From contig JAUHWH010000004.1 of the NCBI GenBank assembly GCA_030424715.1, positions 32,437 through 96,436 on the forward strand: 64,000 nt of DNA, given 5' to 3'. Shown in pieces: positions 41,213 to 49,907 of this stretch; position 1 is the first letter of the stretch, and each line of letters starts with the position of its first letter. The position numbers and the translations under genes are program-made. Below the pieces are notes generated by a model, which was not told where the DNA came from, ran no database searches, and saw only the letters and a list, made by a program, of their open reading frames with translations. The DNA comes from Bdellovibrionia bacterium. Its GTDB lineage: Bacteria > Bdellovibrionota > Bdellovibrionia > Bdellovibrionales > JAGQZY01.

Positions 41213-41746
41213 AGAGAGATCTTCTCAAACACTGCTTAATATTAGAATCCTAGACTATTCTTAGGTCCAGTAGTCCGAAATGGCGCGACACCAGTATCTT
41301 GATGCTCGGACAACCTGGGAGACGACGCCTGAAATACACCCAAGCATACCTTCTCGTCGAGATAGGAAGAGTATTTGCAACAGCGGTCCCACTTGCGATT
41401 TCAGACTGGATTTGTAAAGACCCACACCAAGATTCAATAAGTGTTTTCAAGGTTGATAAGCCGAGGCTATTTCCAAAACTTTTTGAAGAGTGTTCGGTGC
41501 TTTAAATTTGGGGGCGATTTTTAGAATTTACGCCGGTCCCGTAACCTTGAATTTTTAGCAACAGCCGACTGGGATCGCCCTTTAGGGTAGAACCGTCCGA
41601 TTCCTAGGGCTCGGACCTTTGTCCCGTTTTTTGGACGTGATATCCGGACAAATGAGTCTCTACAGCTTTTAGCTTTGATTTGGGCCACAAACAACTTTGG
41701 TACTAAGCTTGCTCTTACCTTTGATTGAAATGAGATCGGAGGAACC

Positions 41747-42409
41747 ATGAAAACCATACTCACTGTTTTAGTCACAATGTTTGCGGCGTCATCCGATGTT
41801 GTCGCTGCCACGTATTCAGAGGCACAGAAGACAATAACGGAGAATGAGGCCACCATTAAAAGCCTAAATGCCGAATTCTTAGCCTTACTGAGTCTAGATG
41901 AAAAATTGCAGACGGTGAGCGCGAAACTTGTAAACAAGAGTCATCTTCTCAACAACATGTTGATTGTTGCTGAACAAAACAAAGATAGTCTCGCTGGTCT
42001 TGGCTACTTTATTGAAGCAGAGCATTTTGAATTCTTCCAACTACCCGAAACCTTCCAAAATAAACGGCTCCAAGAGGTTGGAGCTGAGGCCCTTCCCGTA
42101 ATTTTTACTTTAATCGAAGATCTCGAAAAAGAGTCTTTCGAACTGCCGGCAGCTCCAACGAGAGAGGACATCGCAAACTTGAGTAGGAACACAATCAGTG
42201 TTTATCGAGCCGTTGCTAAGCAGATAACTTTGATCCAATTCCACATCAGTTTAGGGATGCAATACAAAAAAGCGACTATAGCAGGACTTAAGAGGGCGAA
42301 CAGATCACTGAAAGAGGTTCCAGCTCCGAAGAAGAAGCAGGAGAAAGTTGTTCAGCGGCCCCAAGACACCAAGCACTACTGGAACAGCCGAGGTTTGGCG
42401 GTGCCGTGA
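41747..42409 (+). CDS. Secreted alpha-helical protein (hypothetical), first gene of the 41.7-49.4 kb operon
   Basis: GGAGGA RBS. Signal peptide MKTILTVLVTMFAASSDVVAA. Coiled-coil-like sequence. Confidence 0.5.
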   Translation: MKTILTVLVTMFAASSDVVAATYSEAQKTITENEATIKSLNAEFLALLSLDEKLQTVSAKLVNKSHLLNNMLIVAEQNKDSLAGLGYFIEAEHFEFFQLPETFQNKRLQEVGAEALPVIFTLIEDLEKESFELPAAPTREDIANLSRNTISVYRAVAKQITLIQFHISLGMQYKKATIAGLKRANRSLKEVPAPKKKQEKVVQRPQDTKHYWNSRGLAVP

Positions 42410-42482
42410 ACACAAAAATGTAATGACTGAGAGAAAGACCAAACAAACAAGCCAACAAACAAAAAAAAGAAAGGAGATGAAA

Positions 42483-42944
42483 ATGAGAGCAATTTTACTA
42501 ATTTTAACAATACTAGTGGCCTCGGCCGGGAACACCGCCAATGCGGGGGTCTGCATCACAGAGGTGTATGGAAAAGGACTGATGTTGGAGGGGCACTCGA
42601 ACCTCCAGGGGGACGCAGGTGATATCTACCTAGCATCTTTGACCTGCCAAGAGCTCGAGGACATTAACAACGGAGTGCAGGTCGTTGCCATCGGCTTTTC
42701 TGGTGCGGGGATTTACGCGGCTTGCACTGGCGTTGGTCTACCGGCAACTGTCGCGTTAGAGACTGGGGCTTTGGCTCTATCGGCGATCGGATTGATCATC
42801 ACAAACCTAGATTGTGACGATAATGAAAGTGAAAAGATGATTAAAGAAAAAGTGGACCAAGCCGTTTGTGCTTCTTTAGAGGCCCAAGGTTTAGAATGTG
42901 TTCCACCCCTTAACCAAAACAACAACGATATATTTAGTATCTAA
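42483..42944 (+). CDS. Small secreted Cys-containing protein with a Gly/Ala-rich hydrophobic hairpin
   Basis: AAAGGAG RBS. Signal peptide MRAILLILTILVASAGNTANA. Central segment VVAIGFSGAGIYAACTGVGLPATVALETGALALSAIGLIITNL. Six Cys. Confidence 0.5.
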   Translation: MRAILLILTILVASAGNTANAGVCITEVYGKGLMLEGHSNLQGDAGDIYLASLTCQELEDINNGVQVVAIGFSGAGIYAACTGVGLPATVALETGALALSAIGLIITNLDCDDNESEKMIKEKVDQAVCASLEAQGLECVPPLNQNNNDIFSI

Positions 42945-42958
42945 AAAAGGAGACTATC

Positions 42959-43819
42959 ATGAATGTTAAAGTATTTTTTATAAGCTTACTCATTACAACC
43001 CAAGGATTTGCAAACGCTGTGGAAAGCGCACGTTGCGCATCACGTTTTGATTCTTTAGGGCAAGATGTTGCAAAAGGTCGAGCCTCCTGGGCTATTAAAT
43101 GCTTTCCTGATCTAAAGTGGCAAGCCGATGCGGATGGGCAGTTTTATTTGTTTGATGCTCAAAATCAGGTGAAGCAGCTCGGCTATCCAACCTTCATTAA
43201 GCTGGATGCCAATGGTGCCCCCCAAGAATGGGTTGCTCCCACTGATGCCAACGCTGGCTGTGTCAGTCCGGAGATTCACAAATTCGCGGGGTTTTGTCGT
43301 GCTGGTTGCTACACTCCAGATCAAATGCTTCTTTTTTCGGATGGTTATCATTCCATTGAGAGTGCTCGTCGCTCGCTACGAAGTGATATTGTTTCCGTAT
43401 CGCGGGACTCAACAATTGATCAGATCGACTTTCAACTGAGCGAGTTGCGGTCTTACACTGTCGACCCCAAAGCGAAACTGCAAGAGATTTTAACTATTAC
43501 AACTGAAGAAGGGGGCGAGTTGAAGGTGACTCTAAACCATCCTTTGGTCGTCAGTAGCGGTGATATTAAAGAGGCTCGTGACCTTAAGGTTGGTGACAAG
43601 TTGATCAGCGAAGCTGGCACGTTCGAGCCGATCCACTCTATTCAAGAAATTCAATATTTTGGAAAAGTATTGAATGTAGAACTGACCAATCGCAATCTTT
43701 TAAACAATATTGTAGTCGCGCAAGGTTACCTCAATGGGTCGGTTATGTATCAAAATACCGCCACAAAAGAAGTGAACAGACAAGTCTTGAGAACGTTGAT
43801 TCCTGACGCCATTTTGTAA
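42959..43819 (+). CDS. Secreted Hint (Hedgehog/intein-like, BIL-type) domain protein with a ~95-aa N-terminal domain
   Basis: Signal peptide. Hint block A at AG|CYTPDQMLLFSDGYHSIES (Cys117, codon 43307-09). TxxH block KVTLNHPLVV. ...DLKVGDKLIS... and terminal block NNIVVAQGYLNGS. Confidence 0.7.
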   Translation: MNVKVFFISLLITTQGFANAVESARCASRFDSLGQDVAKGRASWAIKCFPDLKWQADADGQFYLFDAQNQVKQLGYPTFIKLDANGAPQEWVAPTDANAGCVSPEIHKFAGFCRAGCYTPDQMLLFSDGYHSIESARRSLRSDIVSVSRDSTIDQIDFQLSELRSYTVDPKAKLQEILTITTEEGGELKVTLNHPLVVSSGDIKEARDLKVGDKLISEAGTFEPIHSIQEIQYFGKVLNVELTNRNLLNNIVVAQGYLNGSVMYQNTATKEVNRQVLRTLIPDAIL

Positions 43820-43864
43820 TTGACGAGGGGGCGAGGTCGCTCGCCCTTCTCTTTGGAGGTCCTT

Positions 43865-45844
43865 ATGTTGATCGTAGAATTAATGAAATTTGCTTTGCTC
43901 ACCTTTTTAGCTACAAGTTGTGTCGCCGCCCATACCGACCAACCTTCATCGCAGTCGCAAGTCAGTCCGCCATTGGTAGAAGCAGAGTTACCTATTCTGA
44001 CTTGTAAGAGAGTCACCGACATCGTTATTGAAAATAGTGATCAAGAGCCATTATGTGTGGACCCAAAAAGAGAGAATGTTTGCTTGCGCAATGATATAAG
44101 CTTTGTGGCGGCCCTTCAGCACCCTGAGAAAGCAATTTTTGAATCGTGCTTGATCTTCGGAGAACCGGCAAGTCTGGCCGCTCTGAATGTGACCCTCAAA
44201 AGAATGCCCGTACGTGTTGATCTTAATGTTGAGTTCAACGAGAAGCAGCGATTTGCCCATTGGGCGGATCAGCATCGAGTGCTACTGAAAGGTCTGCGAG
44301 GCTTTGCAACCAGTTCAAACTTTGGTGAGATTGTGTCTGTGAGTCAGACACCCAGTCCATTTCTTGTGCAAGGTGTTTTGGACCCGCAACTAATGAGTGT
44401 CGATTTCGAGTCAAGCCGTTCATGGCCTCATGCTCCTCAATTGTTAGGCTCTGTCACAGAGCTTATTAAGTACCTGCAAGCAGGAACCCTGAAGGAAAAA
44501 TTTCAAGGTCTTAACACCACTGAGGCTAGACTTCTGGAGTTGAGTAAAAATGCTCCGGTCACTGAGGTTGTTGAGACCTATCGTGAAAACGCCTGTCAAT
44601 CCACTTGCATTAAAGAGTCCGATAAAATCTCACTTGGATCGGGCCAAACATTTTTTAGAGAGTACTTTTCAAGAGGAACAGTCTACAGAAGTGAGTGGGT
44701 CCTTGAGAACTCCGATCAACAAATTGTTGGCTTGTTGTACATGGCAAAGAGCTTTCCCGCTCTATTTGCGAGAATCGAGCGCCACAGTTCCGGAGTCGCG
44801 AAGAGCATTGAGGTAATTAACCGGCAAGGGGCGGTGGTTTTTCAAAAACAGTGGGATATTTCTGATTTAGTGAAGCCGCAGCCTATCGAGGGCCTTGTGG
44901 ACTTCGACTCCATTGAACTACCCAAGGTGGGGTTGTGCGAAGAGTCTCTTGTCCCAGAAATTTTCACGGACCAACACCCTGAAAGTTTCATCTTGAGGGG
45001 CCCGCGTTCGCCAGACAGCTTTTACGGGTGGACGGATGGTTCACAATCGCTTTCAGGTCGAGAGTACGTCAACAAGCTATCTCTGCCGTTGGATCAGTTC
45101 TTTCTTGGTGAACATTCTTTGGATGTAGCCGGTGAGCTGGCGCAAGGAGAGCCGGTCGGCATCATACCTCTTGGGATCAGTGCCTGCCTCAAGCCAAGAG
45201 CCGCCCATGATTGGTGGCCGTCGTTTATCGAAAGTGGCACCCGTGTGATTAATCTGTCGGTGCGCAACCGTGATGACGAGCCAACCTGTCGTGAGTGGAT
45301 CAGGCAACATCCCATCGAGAGTGATCGTGAATCCGTGTTGTGGGTTGTGGCTGCAGGTAACCAAGGGGTTGATGGTCCCAATGGTTGTCCGCAGTATCTC
45401 TCCGGACGACCCAATATCATCGTGGTTGGCGCATCTCAGAGGGGCCGAGTGCACCCCAATAGCAACTACGGTGAAAGTTTAGTTGACATATTCGCTAATG
45501 GAAAAACGTTCGACGGTATGGCGTGGGGGACAAGTTTTGCAGCGCCTAAGGTGGCGAAGGTAGCAGCCGTGATTTTCGCACGCTTCCCGGACCTTACTGT
45601 GGAGCAAGTGAAGGCCGCAATTTTACTGTCAGTGGAGTGGCCGTGGCGAAAGTTGGAGTCCCGAACCGGTGGTGTTTTGGATGCGTCTTCAGCCCTTGAT
45701 TTAGCCGAGTTGATTAATCAAAAGCAGGGCAACATTGATCAAGCCCTCCAAGAAAAGTACGGGAATTTTATAATCAGCTATGAATACGAAAAGAGAAAAG
45801 AATTATGGAAGAAAATATTCAAAGGAGAAAAAAATGAAGAATAG
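43865..45844 (+). CDS. Lipoprotein with C-terminal S8 (subtilisin)-like domain
   Basis: ATG 43865 after GGAGG. Lipobox LTFLATSC. LWVVAAGNQG (oxyanion Asn box) and AWGTSFAAPKVAKVAA (Ser box). The Asp box looks altered (see findings). Confidence 0.65.
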   Translation: MLIVELMKFALLTFLATSCVAAHTDQPSSQSQVSPPLVEAELPILTCKRVTDIVIENSDQEPLCVDPKRENVCLRNDISFVAALQHPEKAIFESCLIFGEPASLAALNVTLKRMPVRVDLNVEFNEKQRFAHWADQHRVLLKGLRGFATSSNFGEIVSVSQTPSPFLVQGVLDPQLMSVDFESSRSWPHAPQLLGSVTELIKYLQAGTLKEKFQGLNTTEARLLELSKNAPVTEVVETYRENACQSTCIKESDKISLGSGQTFFREYFSRGTVYRSEWVLENSDQQIVGLLYMAKSFPALFARIERHSSGVAKSIEVINRQGAVVFQKQWDISDLVKPQPIEGLVDFDSIELPKVGLCEESLVPEIFTDQHPESFILRGPRSPDSFYGWTDGSQSLSGREYVNKLSLPLDQFFLGEHSLDVAGELAQGEPVGIIPLGISACLKPRAAHDWWPSFIESGTRVINLSVRNRDDEPTCREWIRQHPIESDRESVLWVVAAGNQGVDGPNGCPQYLSGRPNIIVVGASQRGRVHPNSNYGESLVDIFANGKTFDGMAWGTSFAAPKVAKVAAVIFARFPDLTVEQVKAAILLSVEWPWRKLESRTGGVLDASSALDLAELINQKQGNIDQALQEKYGNFIISYEYEKRKELWKKIFKGEKNEE

Positions 45845-46532
45845 GACAGTCGCTATTTTTGTCGCGGTTTCGACGATGTTGGTTGTGCTGAGCACCCTGT
45901 GGTTGCAGACCAGTCGAAAGCAGAGGTCAGAAGAGAGAACCAATCGGTTGATTGAAAAAACCGTTAAAGAACGAGTTGATCATTTGAAAATAGAAAAAGC
46001 TACACCGGTTGATGATAGTTCCGCAAAGCATGTTGGAGAGAAACCTTCGGGTATTGATGCTTATTTGTCTAAGATAGAAAAGATTATTCGACTAGAACGC
46101 AAGGTGATTCGAAGTGCTTCGGACAATTCGAGTCTAGAGAAAGCCTTAGCTAATCGAAAGTTGATCAACCAATCCTTGTTGTTTCTAAGTGATGTGGAAC
46201 TTGTGGGTTCTCTTGGTCTCAAGGGCAACCAAGAGCTCAGGATGCAGGCAACGCTATTTTTGTCTCGTGCCTTGGAGTGGCAACAAAACCCTGAGCTTCC
46301 TTGGATACTCGACAAGGTGGGCGACTTTGTGGGTGCTGACAGTCTCAGTGCTATTAAAGATCTTGAAGTCCGCCGCTCTTTTGCTGCCGATAAAGTCGAG
46401 TTGTTTACCAATTTAAAAGATATTTATTTCGAAAAGGGTCTGCAGATTGAACATGAGAATCAGTCAGAAACCAACGCGCGACTCTTTCGCTTTGCCAACA
46501 ATTTTTATAAACTGAATAAACGGGAGATTTGA
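45834..46532 (+). CDS. N-terminally membrane-anchored alpha-helical protein (hypothetical)
   Basis: ATG 45834 after AAAGGAG, overlapping the upstream gene by 11 nt. TM segment VAIFVAVSTMLVVLSTLWL. Confidence 0.5.
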   Translation: MKNRTVAIFVAVSTMLVVLSTLWLQTSRKQRSEERTNRLIEKTVKERVDHLKIEKATPVDDSSAKHVGEKPSGIDAYLSKIEKIIRLERKVIRSASDNSSLEKALANRKLINQSLLFLSDVELVGSLGLKGNQELRMQATLFLSRALEWQQNPELPWILDKVGDFVGADSLSAIKDLEVRRSFAADKVELFTNLKDIYFEKGLQIEHENQSETNARLFRFANNFYKLNKREI

Positions 46533-46533
46533 A

Positions 46534-49392
46534 ATGAGAATTCTAATGGTATTATTTTGTCTAAGCTTTCCGATGATAGCGTTTGCTAATCATAGTCTAC
46601 CAGCCGGAGAGGATAAAGAGGCCGTGCTAGGGATGGGTTTTGATTCTGAAAAAGAGAAGTTCACGGGAACCTGTCTCAAAGGAAAGCTGGTGCGTCGAGG
46701 AAAGCAAGAGGCGAATGTCGCTTTCGAACAAAGTTTAGATCAAAACTCTATGAAAAAAGAGCTGGGTATTGATGCTGGGACCCGATTTCGCTATGGCGAG
46801 GCAACGGTGAAAGCCAGCGCCAAGTTTATGAAATCCAGTCGTAGTGACGGATTTTCTATTTCTGCCGTTTATTCGGGCGACTACAAATTTAAAAACGATA
46901 TTCTTTACTTCGAGGATTCTGCGGACACTCAAGATATAAAGGGGCTTGAGAAACAAAGGTTAACTGATATCGGGAAAGCTGTGCGAAATGACGATGATCG
47001 CTGGCGTGAAACCTGTGGTGATGAATACGTCACGCAAATTGTGCGAGGGGCGAAGTTATTCTATTCAATTAAAATCGAATTTTTAACACAAGAAGAAAAG
47101 GACCTGTTTGAAACGGCCTTTAGTTATGATTCCACATTTGCTTCTGTGAAAGCCAGTCTGAAAAACATTTCTGAGAATTTCAGTAAAAGAACAAAAATCA
47201 CGGTCGGGGCTTTGCAAATTGGTGGGGACACGCGAAAAATTACCGAACTCTTTTTCGACAACAAAGAAACTGGTGACAGTAGTTCAATGGGATTTGTGAA
47301 ATGTTCATTTGGGGACCTTGCCAAATGTGACCAGGTGATGGCTAATGCGATTCGCTACGCCACCAAAGACTTTAAAGACCAACTGGAGTCAAAACCGGAT
47401 CAGCCGAGCTACGAGGGTGGACCCGCAGACCTACGCTATATTACCGCTCCCTATGCTGATGCTGGAATTTTTCCAAAGTTTTCTTCGATTTTAACCGCAG
47501 CAGTCCGAGCGAAGCGATGGGAACTAGAGACCTTGTTTGATCGTCTCATGGACAACCTAGGTACGGTCAATTCCCTGTTAACCTCAAGTTCCGTGGTTTT
47601 GAGCCCGAGGCAAAATGGACTCCTAAAGACGGTGAAGCAAGAACTCGACAAAGACGTCAGAAGCCTCATTTTGGCGGCAGAGACTTGTTACAACTCTGTC
47701 GAGGAGTGTGTTGCCACAGCGGATTCGATCACACCAAAACTGAGTGAGTTTGATGAGAATTCAGTGATCATTTTACCTGAAACCTTTCGACAGTACTGTG
47801 CCCGGTCAGAGAGTACCCTTTCGACTAAAAAGCTAAGCACCTCGATTCGGGGGATGTTGGATGCTGCTCGAGAAATCGAGCCAGACAGCTTTAGTAGTGA
47901 TCCTGGGGGCAAGACAGATTCTTGTTTGCAGGCTCATAATGTGTTTATGAGAAATAACGAGATAAGAACGTTTTCTGGTAAAAAAATTAGTACGTTGGTG
48001 CCTCTACAGGAATATAGCCATTTTGTAGCCGTCGACTTTTCTGAGAACTCTATCGATGACCTCGAGCCGCTCCACGACTGGAAAAACCTGGAGGAGTTGG
48101 ACTTAGGCGACAATAAGATTCGCGATCTGGTTTTTTTAGAGAGACTCGTTAACTTGAGGTTATTATCCTTAAGCAACAACCACCTGCGAGACATCAGTCT
48201 TTTAACAAAACTCCCCATGCTTGAGCGGGTTGATGCGAGAAACAACTTCGAGACGGTGAGCTGTCAGAGCTTTTCGCAAGACGTTGTTTGCCTTAGTGCA
48301 ACCGTGCGGACTGACGCGAAGTTTGTCCATACGTCGACGACAACATCTCGACCACTGTTTATGCCGTCTTTAGTGGATTTGCGGGGTGGGGAGTTCTTGG
48401 TCCTCAGTGATAACCAAGATGTGCAAACTTACCGTTTGGCTGACAATAGCTTTAGTATCACGGGACGTTTGAGTCTTAAGTCTCGTGGTCGGGTCGCGAC
48501 ACAGTTGGCTGATGGTGACATTTTGATCACCGGCGGTTGGTTGTCGGGTAATTCTTTAGCTATTTACAACCCAGAGCTTGGCCAGATGATGCAAGAGTTC
48601 AAAGGGCTGCAGGTACAGCGTGTTGGACACACCAGCACACTTCTTGACGATGGACGTGTGCTTTTGGCGGGCGGCTGGGAAGGCGGAGTGAGTTTCTCCG
48701 GGACAGATGCCACTTATACGGCTGAGGTTTTTGATCCCGAGACAAATTCGACTTATCCGGTGGGCAACCTGCATGCACCAAGAGCTTGGCACACAGCAAC
48801 TAAGCTCTTCGACGGGAAAGTTCTGATTGTTGGTGGCTTTGACTGGAGCAGCGGTATCGCCACGGCCGAGATCTTTGACCCCGAGACCAATGAATTCACT
48901 CAGCTAGAATATTCTATGGCACAAGGGCGTGGGGCTCACTCAGCCACTGTGCTGGCCAGCGGAAAGATCTTACTCGCCGGGGGATTTGATTTGGGTGCCC
49001 AGGCCATTGATCGTGCTGAGCTGTTTGATCCTGCGGTCGGTAAATTTTTGCCCATCAAAGAGACTTTGAATTGGGCTCGCGGCATGCACTCAGCAGTGCG
49101 ACTCAATAATGGCAAGGTTCTATTGGCGGGTGGTTCTGTTGAGCCTTTTGCTCCGGACCATCCCGTCGATTTCACTCCCAATGATCATATCGATCGCGGT
49201 GAGCTTTATGACCCTGTTGAGAACAGCTTTATGAAGGTACCAGGAAAGATGGCTGTTCCGAGAGCACGCCACGGAATGTATGAAACCAAACCCGGAACCG
49301 TATTAATTATGGGTGGTTTAACCTGGGAATCAGCAAATAAGCTCGAAATCTTTAACTATGTGGATGTGAATACAACTTCACCACTGCAGTGA
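46534..49392 (+). CDS. Secreted MACPF-like pore-forming domain / leucine-rich repeat / six-blade Kelch protein
   Basis: Signal peptide. MACPF-like LGMGFDSEK... and CGDEYVTQIVRGAKLF (compare the (Y/W)GTHYvxxxxxGG signature). LRRs NLEELDLGDNKIRDLVFLERLVNLRLLSLSNNHLRDI. Six Kelch units of the type DGxvLxxGG(w/f). Confidence 0.7.
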   Translation: MRILMVLFCLSFPMIAFANHSLPAGEDKEAVLGMGFDSEKEKFTGTCLKGKLVRRGKQEANVAFEQSLDQNSMKKELGIDAGTRFRYGEATVKASAKFMKSSRSDGFSISAVYSGDYKFKNDILYFEDSADTQDIKGLEKQRLTDIGKAVRNDDDRWRETCGDEYVTQIVRGAKLFYSIKIEFLTQEEKDLFETAFSYDSTFASVKASLKNISENFSKRTKITVGALQIGGDTRKITELFFDNKETGDSSSMGFVKCSFGDLAKCDQVMANAIRYATKDFKDQLESKPDQPSYEGGPADLRYITAPYADAGIFPKFSSILTAAVRAKRWELETLFDRLMDNLGTVNSLLTSSSVVLSPRQNGLLKTVKQELDKDVRSLILAAETCYNSVEECVATADSITPKLSEFDENSVIILPETFRQYCARSESTLSTKKLSTSIRGMLDAAREIEPDSFSSDPGGKTDSCLQAHNVFMRNNEIRTFSGKKISTLVPLQEYSHFVAVDFSENSIDDLEPLHDWKNLEELDLGDNKIRDLVFLERLVNLRLLSLSNNHLRDISLLTKLPMLERVDARNNFETVSCQSFSQDVVCLSATVRTDAKFVHTSTTTSRPLFMPSLVDLRGGEFLVLSDNQDVQTYRLADNSFSITGRLSLKSRGRVATQLADGDILITGGWLSGNSLAIYNPELGQMMQEFKGLQVQRVGHTSTLLDDGRVLLAGGWEGGVSFSGTDATYTAEVFDPETNSTYPVGNLHAPRAWHTATKLFDGKVLIVGGFDWSSGIATAEIFDPETNEFTQLEYSMAQGRGAHSATVLASGKILLAGGFDLGAQAIDRAELFDPAVGKFLPIKETLNWARGMHSAVRLNNGKVLLAGGSVEPFAPDHPVDFTPNDHIDRGELYDPVENSFMKVPGKMAVPRARHGMYETKPGTVLIMGGLTWESANKLEIFNYVDVNTTSPLQ

Positions 49393-49404
49393 TTGTAAAG
49401 GGAG

Positions 49405-49425
49405 AGGGGCCGCCGGCTGAGGCCC
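49405..49425. terminator. GC hairpin between convergent genes (terminator-like)
   Basis: GGGGCC-N9-GGCCCC, 12 nt after the stop of the MACPF gene. No strong T-run. Confidence 0.35.
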
Positions 49426-49443
49426 CGATTCTAATGACCCGGA

Positions 49444-49821
49444 TTATTTCCTATTCATCTCTCTGCGTCGCATGGGCATCGCATCTATAGCGTTGTAAAT
49501 CGACCCCATTGGCGTTGGTTCCAAATACTCTTGTTTGATCGTCCCGTCTTTTCCAATCAACAGCATTTTAAACTCACCGTTTTGAAAGCGAAACTTTTTC
49601 CACAACTCTGATTCACTTTCACTAACAGGCAATAGCAAGAGGTCTCGGTCAGAGGTTTCTGCCGGATCAGCAGCAAAAGTCTTCTTTTGCACAGAGAGGC
49701 CCTGTTCGGCAGAGCTATTCACAACCAAAAGCCTATTAGTCCACTTGTAGCTGTCCAAATCCATAGGTTCTCCTAGGGCCGGTAAAACACACAAAATGAG
49801 TGCCATCACGAAGATTTTCAT
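49444..49821 (-). CDS. DUF4174-domain secreted protein
   Basis: ATG 49821 gives the signal peptide MKIFVMALILCVLPALG. YKWTNRLLVV...MLLIGKDGTIK...IDAMPMRRREM. Confidence 0.6.
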   Translation of the reverse strand: MKIFVMALILCVLPALGEPMDLDSYKWTNRLLVVNSSAEQGLSVQKKTFAADPAETSDRDLLLLPVSESESELWKKFRFQNGEFKMLLIGKDGTIKQEYLEPTPMGSIYNAIDAMPMRRREMNRK

Positions 49822-49907
49822 AGATTCACGTATAGCGAATAATTGGATGGAGGTCAGTGAAAAGTTAAAATAGTGACAGACTCCCATTTTTTGGTGATGA
49901 TAGCGTC

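Noticed and set aside
41250-41937. ORFs 41250..41450, 41299..41505 and 41521..41937 in the long leader before the 41747 operon.
   Set aside because: They have no RBS, overlap one another, and the last overlaps the well-supported 41747 gene. Their translations are Arg/Ser-rich with no motifs.
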